A stretch of 64,000 bases of DNA, taken from assembly GCA_965222375.1 (NCBI GenBank), contig CBDCTZ010000014.1, positions 1,056,001 to 1,120,000 of the forward strand, in the 5' to 3' direction. The stretch comes from Polyangiaceae bacterium. Lineage in GTDB: Bacteria > Myxococcota_A > Polyangia > Polyangiales > Polyangiaceae. A program made the position numbers and the translations under genes. Below are positions 57,230-64,000 of the stretch, piece by piece. A model generated the notes under the pieces. It was not told the DNA's origin, did no database searches, and saw only the letters and a program-made list of their open reading frames with translations. Each line of letters opens with the position of its first letter. The stretch's first letter is position 1.

Positions 57230-59037
57230 ATGCCGATGGATTTGCAGCGCTGGATGTCGAGCTAGCTCGGACTTTGGGTGCTCTGAGTGGTGAGACCCGG
57301 CAAGAAGTACTGCTCTCGATTGCCGTGGCGAGCGAGCGGACGCGCGAGGGGCATGTGTGCGTGCGTCTCGAAGAATTGGAACAGCGCGTGCGCGCCGCGG
57401 CGACCGGGGAGCTGACGAGTGGCCCGCTGCGGCAACTGCTGTCTTCTTGCGAGTTGGTGGGCAGTGGCGCCGTGGAGAGCCCACCGACCCCACTGGTGTT
57501 GTCTCAGGAGCGTTTGTATTTGAGTCGCTTCTACCAGCACGAGCTCGCGGTGTTCGAGAGGCTCAGCCGACTCGCGCAGCCGGCGCCGATTGCTCCTGGA
57601 ACTGGCAGGTTGCGAGATTGCTTGAAGCGGTGGTTTTCGTTCGAAGCGGCGGCGCCTCAACCCGCGGTTGCCGCTGCTAGCTTGGCCCTGCGTCGCCTGC
57701 TCATCCTCACGGGTGGCCCGGGCACTGGGAAGACGACCACGATTGCGCGCTTGTTGGCGTTTTTTGCGGACTTGGCTCGCGGCGGAAAGCCCCCGCGCAT
57801 GCTGCTGTTGGCGCCCACCGGCAAGGCCGCCGCCCGCATGGGAGAAGCCGTGGCGACTTTGTCTGGAGAGTTGAAACAGATCGACGCGGTCGCTGCAGCG
57901 CTGCCCAGCGAAGCCTTCACGATCCATCGTGCTTTGGGCCCCACCGCAACGCCTGCGCGTTTCGCGCACGGCCCCACGCGTCCCCTACTGGCGGACATCG
58001 TCGTCGTGGACGAAGCGTCCATGGTCGACATTGCGTTGATGCGTCGCCTGCTCGATGCGCTCTCGCCTGAGGCCCGGCTGGTCTTGGTGGGTGACGAGCA
58101 CCAGCTCGCCTCGGTCGAGGCTGGTGCGGTGCTCGCGGATGCCTGTGCCGGCGCGAGCCACCAGGGGTGGTCCGTGGAGCATCGAGATGCTGTGCGAGAG
58201 AGCTTCGACTTGGCGCTGCCGGGCGAGCCGGTGCCACAGGCGACTCGAGTCAGCGACTGCGTCGTGCACCTGACTCGTAGCTATCGCTTCGACCCGGATC
58301 GAGGCGTGGGCCGCTTGGCGCGAGCCATCGTCGAGGGAGATGCTGATACCGCACTCGCGGTGCTTCGCGACTCCGATACGCCGGAAGCAGGCATCGTGGA
58401 GGAGGGGCCTGATGAAAGCTACTTCGATGCTGCGGTCCTGAAGGGGTTTCGCCCCTTCTGCGAGGCGCAAGAGCCCAAGTTGCGCATGAGAGCGCTGACG
58501 CGGTTTCGCGTCTTGTGCGCCCATCGACGCGGGCCTCGCGGAGTCGAAACCCTCAACGGCCGGATTGCGAACTTGCTCCAGGAGCGACGACTGCTGGTTC
58601 CGGGCGCCGGGCGCACTCACCTCTACTATCCCGGGCGGCCCTTGCTGATCACCAAGAACGACGCGGCCACGCGCTTGTTCAACGGTGATATCGGAGTCAT
58701 CGAGACCACGCAGGCAGGGCTGAGAGCTGCCTTCGCCGCAGAAGACGGCCTGCGATACATCCCCCCGGCCCGGCTGCCCGAGCACGAATCCGTCTATGCC
58801 ATGAGCATCCACAAGAGCCAGGGCTCGGAGGTGGACTCGGCGCTCGTGGTGATGCCCGAGGCAGATTCGCCCCTGTGCACGCGAGAGCTCCTGTACACAG
58901 CGGTGACGCGAGTGAAACGGCGCGTCGCGGTGCTGGGCGACGAGGCGGCCGTGCGGGCAGCCATCGAGCGGCGTGTCTCTCGGGCGTCGGGGCTCGCTCG
59001 GCGGCTTTCGTCACGCACCCGCGCTGAGCCGGTCTAG
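57226..59037 (+). CDS. recD: Exodeoxyribonuclease V alpha subunit
   Basis: TGGPGTGKTT, APTGKAAAR, TIHRAL, VDEASMVD, GDEHQLASVEAG, HKSQGSE, ELLYTAVTR. Confidence 0.97.
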   Translation: MNADGFAALDVELARTLGALSGETRQEVLLSIAVASERTREGHVCVRLEELEQRVRAAATGELTSGPLRQLLSSCELVGSGAVESPPTPLVLSQERLYLSRFYQHELAVFERLSRLAQPAPIAPGTGRLRDCLKRWFSFEAAAPQPAVAAASLALRRLLILTGGPGTGKTTTIARLLAFFADLARGGKPPRMLLLAPTGKAAARMGEAVATLSGELKQIDAVAAALPSEAFTIHRALGPTATPARFAHGPTRPLLADIVVVDEASMVDIALMRRLLDALSPEARLVLVGDEHQLASVEAGAVLADACAGASHQGWSVEHRDAVRESFDLALPGEPVPQATRVSDCVVHLTRSYRFDPDRGVGRLARAIVEGDADTALAVLRDSDTPEAGIVEEGPDESYFDAAVLKGFRPFCEAQEPKLRMRALTRFRVLCAHRRGPRGVETLNGRIANLLQERRLLVPGAGRTHLYYPGRPLLITKNDAATRLFNGDIGVIETTQAGLRAAFAAEDGLRYIPPARLPEHESVYAMSIHKSQGSEVDSALVVMPEADSPLCTRELLYTAVTRVKRRVAVLGDEAAVRAAIERRVSRASGLARRLSSRTRAEPV

Positions 59038-59149
59038 GCTGCGCAGCTCATGAGCGCCGAGCTGACGCGCGTCGCTGTGGAGGCGATAGTCATCGGGCTG
59101 GTCGCGACAAGGAGATAACGACGGCGTCATTTGCGCGGCTCATCGTACG

Positions 59150-60133
59150 CTATTCGGGGTTCGGAACGGAGCTGCTCACGCAGCGTCCATGGAAGAGTGC
59201 CGTACTCTGTGGGTGGAAGTTGCCGTTCGTCGTGCCATAGGCCCAAGGCGCGTTCGCGGGGGCGCAATCTGGGCACAACGACGAGCTCCACATCGTCGAG
59301 CAGCCCTGAACGTCGACTTTGCAGTACTTGCCGTTGTTGGGACCACCACCGCCAATACAGGACGTACACGTGGAGCCGATGCCACACGATTTCTGGAGAC
59401 ACCCCGGGTCACTGATGGTGCAGGAACCACCCGTCATCGGTGGAGCACAGCCGCCAGCGAGGGTGCGTAGGTCATCGATGGTCGCGAAACGCCAATTGCT
59501 CAGGCCCGCGATAGACAGTGCCGCACAGAATGGTGCGAAGGTCGCATAGGCTTTGTTGCTCATTACTGGCGACCAGCCCATCTTGGTCTTCAAGTCGACC
59601 GAGAAGCCGATGTCGTAAGTGATCCAGGCTTCGCCGTCTGCGGGAACCGCATCGAACTTGTGGGCGCAGCCGTAGGTCGGGTGGAGGAAGTCTTTGGTCG
59701 CTGCGTTGCCGTCGTCACACGAAACTGCGTCTGTGGGTGCGTCTGCTGCCGCGTCGCCACCACCGGTCCCGGCACCGCCATCCGGGCCCCCGGTTCCCGC
59801 GCTGCCGTCGGTGCCGGCATCGCTGCCACCGGCTCCCGCGCCCCCATCGGTGCCTGCAGCTCCACCGCTACCGCTAGCTCCGGATGAGCCGCTGCTGCCG
59901 CCGGTCGCTCCCCCACTGCCGCCTCCGGTCCCACCGGTGCTTCCAGCTGTGCCGCCCGTGCTTCCACCCGTTCCCGAGAGGCCTCCTGTGGACGCGTCGG
60001 CTGTTCCTCCGCTGCCACCCGCGTTACTCGAGTCGTCGTCGCTACCACAACCCGCCATTGCGAACGTGGCCGTCATGGGAATTGCCGCAAGAGCGGCGCC
60101 AACCCGAACCAGGCGTGCTTTGAGCTGCGTCAT
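59150..60133 (-). CDS. Lipoprotein with long Gly-rich tether and DUF1566 (Lcl C-terminal, C-type-lectin-like) domain
   Basis: AMAGC-GSDDD; VDLKTKMGW..FC..L..AG..NWRFATIDDLRTL; WSSS..AW..; terminal RCV. Confidence 0.72.
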   Translation of the reverse strand: MTQLKARLVRVGAALAAIPMTATFAMAGCGSDDDSSNAGGSGGTADASTGGLSGTGGSTGGTAGSTGGTGGGSGGATGGSSGSSGASGSGGAAGTDGGAGAGGSDAGTDGSAGTGGPDGGAGTGGGDAAADAPTDAVSCDDGNAATKDFLHPTYGCAHKFDAVPADGEAWITYDIGFSVDLKTKMGWSPVMSNKAYATFAPFCAALSIAGLSNWRFATIDDLRTLAGGCAPPMTGGSCTISDPGCLQKSCGIGSTCTSCIGGGGPNNGKYCKVDVQGCSTMWSSSLCPDCAPANAPWAYGTTNGNFHPQSTALFHGRCVSSSVPNPE

Positions 60134-60174
60134 GAGCCGATTCTACAGTGCCCCCGCGTGCGCCGAAATGCGTT

Positions 60175-61545
60175 TCAGCCACGATGGCGAAGGGCATCTC
60201 CGATGGTGCCCGCGATGCCCGTCGCGATGGCCGCGGCGCGCGCACTTCGGCCCCGCGCCACGTCGATCCGCTCGCCGCCGCGGAAGACCGCCTTGACGTT
60301 CCGGACGCGGTCGAGGTCGAGGCGGGGGTCGCCCGCGATGACCACCAAGTCCGCGCGCATTCCCGCCGCAATTCGCCCGCGGTCCGAGCAGCCCAGAAGC
60401 CGGGCACTGCCGGATGTGGCTGCGGCGAGGCACTCTTGGACCGAGAGGCCGCCGTTGCTCATTACAGATAGCTCGTCAGCAACTCGCCCCAGCACGCTGA
60501 ATCCATAGGGCCCGTCGCTGCCGTAGGACAACGGGACCCTGGCATCGTGCAAGAGCCGAAGGTTTGCGAGCGCGTTGCGCACACCTTGTCGCGCGAGTTC
60601 CTTGCCCACGCCTCCCCCGATGCCCGGTGGCACCACGTCCTCGGATGCGGCCCAGGCTTCGGCGAAACGACGCCAGGAGCGCCGTACAGACGGCGTCACA
60701 CCTCGACCCCGAACGGGATCCCTATCCCAACGCTGCTCGGGCCCGATGCAAGACGAGTGGAACACCCACAAGGTGGGGCAAACGTCGACGCCACTGTCAC
60801 GCACTCGCTGGACGAGTTCTTCGTCCAGTGGGTCGAAGGACGAGTGCACCAGCGCATCCACTCCCGCGTCCAGGGCCGCGCGATAGTCCGCCGCCCAATG
60901 AGCATGAGCCATGACTCGCAGACCGAGTCGGTGCGCTTCATCCACGATGCCCTTGGCCGTTTCGGGCGACATGACCGTGAGGGACTTGTAGTCGTAGCCA
61001 CTGTGCATGACGCAGATCTTGACGTGGTCCATGCCTGCATCGGCCACCCGCTGCACTGCCTGACGCCCCTCTCGATCCGAGGAGCAGGTCAGCACCACGC
61101 CCAGCGCGGCGTAGCGCGCTGGCATCCAGTCTAGGGGGTAGCCCTCCGGGTTGGTCAGAAGCGGGCCCGCTGCGCGAAGTGCGGGGCCCGCATGCGGCGA
61201 ATTTTCCGCCGCGCGGGCCAACTGTCGGCTCAGGGCGGCGGAGCCCCCCATGTCACCGACGGTGGTGACGCCGCCCTCGAGCAACAGCCGTTGGTTGCGA
61301 GCGATGGCCATGAAGTTCGGGGGCTCGATGGGTTCGAAGAGCCCCGCGCGGCCCACATGTGCGTGCGCATCGATGAAACCTGGCAGCAGCGTGTCGCCCC
61401 GTGCGTCGTAGACTATGGGGAGCCCTGGCAGGTCGTGTCCGCGGTGGACTGCCTTGATCTTGCCGGCACGGAGTTCGAGGTGCGCCGGAGCGTGGATCAT
61501 GCGCTCGCCGTCAAAGTGTCGATTGACGACAATCAGCCCGTCCAT
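60175..61545 (-). CDS. Amidohydrolase family protein
   Basis: TLLPGFIDAHAH, GVTTVGDMG, DHVK, VMAHA, LVH, YGSDG, GRIAAGMRADLVV..GDP. Confidence 0.9.
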   Translation of the reverse strand: MDGLIVVNRHFDGERMIHAPAHLELRAGKIKAVHRGHDLPGLPIVYDARGDTLLPGFIDAHAHVGRAGLFEPIEPPNFMAIARNQRLLLEGGVTTVGDMGGSAALSRQLARAAENSPHAGPALRAAGPLLTNPEGYPLDWMPARYAALGVVLTCSSDREGRQAVQRVADAGMDHVKICVMHSGYDYKSLTVMSPETAKGIVDEAHRLGLRVMAHAHWAADYRAALDAGVDALVHSSFDPLDEELVQRVRDSGVDVCPTLWVFHSSCIGPEQRWDRDPVRGRGVTPSVRRSWRRFAEAWAASEDVVPPGIGGGVGKELARQGVRNALANLRLLHDARVPLSYGSDGPYGFSVLGRVADELSVMSNGGLSVQECLAAATSGSARLLGCSDRGRIAAGMRADLVVIAGDPRLDLDRVRNVKAVFRGGERIDVARGRSARAAAIATGIAGTIGDALRHRG

Positions 61546-61574
61546 CACGCCCCCTTGCGCTACCAGACGTTTGG

Positions 61575-62144
61575 TCAGCTGGGCATGCAGACTTGGACGC
61601 AGTCCTTGCAGCCCGGGCAACTCGACGCGCAACCGCAACTGAGACCCCCTGGGCAGGTGCCCGGGCCGGTGCAAGATTGTAGGCACAGTGGTGTGGTGCC
61701 CGTGTAGACGCAGATCGCCGTACCCTCGCAGGCAATCGCGTCGCAGGGCGCCGCTGCAGTTGCAGCGCATTGCTTCACGCAGTCTTCAGCGCTGGCAAAG
61801 TTGTTGGCATTGCCTTCGCAGCCGCCATAGGAAAACCCTTCGCACTTGCCGGACTGGGCGTTGAACCACCAGCGCGGGATCGCGCCGTCGCAGGGGCCGA
61901 CATCCTTGGGTAATTCGCAGGTGTTGCCGCTGGTACCCGCGGCGCCGCCGCTTCCGGAACTTGCGCCCGTACCTGAAGTGCCGCCCGATCCACCACTGCC
62001 CGAAGCCGCACCGCTGCCTCCGGAGGCCGCACCAGAACCGCCCCCACTTCCTGCGCTGCCGCCACCACCGCCTCCACTGCCCGACGAAGAGCAGGCAAGT
62101 GCTACGAATGCCCAGCCACCGATCCCAAGTCGCCACACGTCCAT
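61575..62144 (-). CDS. BPTI/Kunitz protease-inhibitor-domain lipoprotein
   Basis: ALAC lipobox, Gly/Ser linker, CELPKDVGPCDGAIPRWWFN..KCEGFSYGGCEGNANNFASAEDCVKQC (all six Cys), extra Cys-rich tail. Confidence 0.92.
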   Translation of the reverse strand: MDVWRLGIGGWAFVALACSSSGSGGGGGGSAGSGGGSGAASGGSGAASGSGGSGGTSGTGASSGSGGAAGTSGNTCELPKDVGPCDGAIPRWWFNAQSGKCEGFSYGGCEGNANNFASAEDCVKQCAATAAAPCDAIACEGTAICVYTGTTPLCLQSCTGPGTCPGGLSCGCASSCPGCKDCVQVCMPS

Positions 62145-62204
62145 GCGCAGATCATGGGCGCGGAACTCGGGTGGGTCAAACGCTAGCTCGCTGTCGTCCC
62201 CAGC

Positions 62205-62857
62205 TCAAGGGCTGGGCACGCAGAAGCGCGCCACCCGTGCTCTGAGCAGGTCGCCGTTCGGCTCCAGCGAGGACCAGCCGAGGAGCAGCTGATCTGCCGT
62301 GGGTGATGCGAGCAGGGAGAGCCGCTGCTCAGCAAGGGCACCGCTGGGCTGATACGCACGTTGGTACAGCACATCGCCGCTCGCGTCGAAGATGCGTAGT
62401 TCGAGGGTGATCCCGAAGGGATCACCGCCGTCGATGGTGGCGACCGCTACTCGGTCGCCCAGGCTCGCAAGACCTGGGACCCCGCTGTAGGATGAATCCA
62501 CGCTCGGCACTGCGTTGCCGAGCGGGACGCCCCCGCTGTCGAGGCAAAGCAGCATGGCCGGCGGTTGGGTTTCGGCATTGATACCGGCATAGCGGTAGAT
62601 CAACCAGGCGCCGTCCGGCGCGGGCAACAGTCGCATCCCGAGCAAGTCGCCGTCGACCCGCCGCTGCCTGCACTGCCGCCGATGGCGCCGCTACCACCGC
62701 TTCCCGCGAAGGCCCCGCTGCCCCCTAGGCCTGCAGTTCCGCCGGCGGCGGTTCCTGCGGATCCACCACTAGTTGGAGAGGACTCCCCAGACAGCACCCC
62801 GGAGCGAGAGCCGCAGCCCGTGGCCAATACCAGTAACGCCAGAATGTGGGTCCTCAT
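62205..62857 (-). pseudogene. Gly-tethered lipoprotein broken by frameshift or internal deletion near 62640
   Basis: MRTHILALLVLATGC + Gly linker stops at 62600; a beta-rich C-terminal fragment (62205..62645) is in another frame. Confidence 0.6.
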
Positions 62858-62872
62858 GACGCCTGCGCCATG

Positions 62873-62888
62873 CGCAAACCGCGTGCCG
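62873..62888 (-). promoter_or_regulatory. Putative sigma54 (-24/-12) promoter
   Basis: Minus strand CGGCACG-CGGT-TTGCG, exact GG-N10-GC, 15 nt before the ATG at 62857. Confidence 0.65.
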
Positions 62889-62970
62889 CGCCCGGGAGCA
62901 GCGGAAGCGCGGGTTCCAGGGCTCGGGTCGTGGCGCAACTGTGCCAGCTGCGGCGGGCCTGTCTCGGGAT

Positions 62971-63924
62971 TCAGTAAACCTCCGGCCCGATCACCCAGGA
63001 GACTTCGGACTGGGTCGCGCTGAAGCAGATTTGGAGACCGTTGGTGCCGGCCGTCCAATAGCTGCCCCAGCGCTGCGTGTTTTTCAGGAAGTTGGTATCG
63101 CCGTTGTAGTCGATGCGCCCGAGCTTGTGCCCCAGCTCCTGGAGCTCCTCCACCATGCCTTCGATCAGGTCGTTCACGGCGGTGCTGCTCCGTTCACAAG
63201 CGTCGATTCGAGCCGCGATGATGGCTCGCAGCCCGTCGATGCGCCGCTGCACCTCTGCATACGGCGCGGCTTCGATTTCTTGGTAGCCGAAGTGTGCATC
63301 TATGAGCGTGCCCTCGGTGGGCGGCGGCTTCGGCGTGATCACCCACATCGGAGCCAGGCCGCCGTCGAGCACGAGCCCAGCCGGACTGGTTGCGTCGAAA
63401 AGAGAGCGATGTCCCAATTCGATTAAAGCTGCTTCTCGCGCGGCGCTGACCCCGTCGGCCTCCAAGGCGCTGGCGAGTTGGTACAGCCGGTCCGGGATCC
63501 CGACAATGCCCAATTCCTGGAAGTGTTTCGGGCTCAGAGTAGGCAGCAAGCGTTCGAAGCTGAGGCGTGGCGGCGGCGCTTTGGCGGGTGCGGCCTTGGC
63601 AACTCGCGTGTGGAATGCACACGCGCTGCCTTCATCCAGCCATGCGTCACGTGCCCCGGCGTGATCACGCAGCTCGGCGAGGGCGGCTTGACAAACTGGG
63701 TCGCCGGCGTCGAGGGGAAGCTTGGCGAAGGAAGTATCCCGACGATGAAGCGGCTGATACTCCAACCAGATACTGTCGACTGAGGAACCCGTTTCCAAAA
63801 ACAACCCGCGGAGACGCTCGAGGGGGAACCGCACGCGACTCAGGGGGCCTGCAATACATAGGGTCTCATCACCGAGTTGAATGTGCCATTCGGAGAGCCC
63901 GACGCGAAATTGATAGTCCTTCAT
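62971..63924 (-). CDS. Hypothetical protein (317 aa)
   Basis: Long ORF with globular composition; no family recognised. Confidence 0.65.
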   Translation of the reverse strand: MKDYQFRVGLSEWHIQLGDETLCIAGPLSRVRFPLERLRGLFLETGSSVDSIWLEYQPLHRRDTSFAKLPLDAGDPVCQAALAELRDHAGARDAWLDEGSACAFHTRVAKAAPAKAPPPRLSFERLLPTLSPKHFQELGIVGIPDRLYQLASALEADGVSAAREAALIELGHRSLFDATSPAGLVLDGGLAPMWVITPKPPPTEGTLIDAHFGYQEIEAAPYAEVQRRIDGLRAIIAARIDACERSSTAVNDLIEGMVEELQELGHKLGRIDYNGDTNFLKNTQRWGSYWTAGTNGLQICFSATQSEVSWVIGPEVY

Positions 63925-64000
63925 GGCGGCGTGCCGGATGCGAATCCGGCAGTTTAGAGTTAGTGGTGGCCGCAGCTTGAGTTTAGGAGATGATCGGCGC

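Noticed and set aside
46191..60133. Diversity-generating retroelement (bAvd-like gene plus DUF1566/CLec-type target)
   Set aside because: No reverse transcriptase, and I saw no template/variable repeat pair for the DUF1566 3' end; the genes are about 13 kb apart.
60175..61770. Amidohydrolase starting at 61770 (531 aa)
   Set aside because: The extension overlaps the Kunitz gene in another frame; a start at about 61545 is more plausible.
63932..63951. Hairpin TGCCGGAT-GCGA-ATCCGGCA as an intrinsic terminator
   Set aside because: No U-tract follows on the minus strand, and it lies just upstream of the 63924 start; context beyond the window edge is missing.

Overview
GC-rich, gene-dense bacterial chromosomal segment. 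Its gene content points to a myxobacterium of Polyangiaceae/Sorangium type (inferred, not searched): six eukaryote-like Ser/Thr kinase domains, two FHA-sigma54 enhancer-binding proteins, AgmX/PglI-type proteins, a pilin-like protein and many Gly/Ser-tethered lipoproteins. Recognisable housekeeping genes are prfC, a recC-recB-recD operon, an Xaa-Pro aminopeptidase, a parvulin, a cN-II-type 5'-nucleotidase, an ABC-2 exporter and a CpxP/CpxR/CpxA-like two-component locus. I saw no rRNA, tRNA, CRISPR array, transposase, integrase or reverse transcriptase. The most unusual elements are: (1) a stand-alone four-helix-bundle (IVP/bAvd-like) gene with a strongly structured ~180-nt leader and a ~290-bp upstream repeat array (46191-47000); (2) a transmembrane pseudokinase divergently paired with an active tail-anchored kinase; (3) a kinase / kinase-propeller / FHA-sigma54 operon, together with recurring S-x-P-P and acidic-Thr motifs and a Pin1-like parvulin; (4) a lipoprotein carrying a BPTI/Kunitz domain with Asp at P1; (5) many apparently leaderless genes; (6) a 2x76-bp intergenic duplication and two broken genes. 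All family assignments come from motif recognition by eye; no database searches were run.
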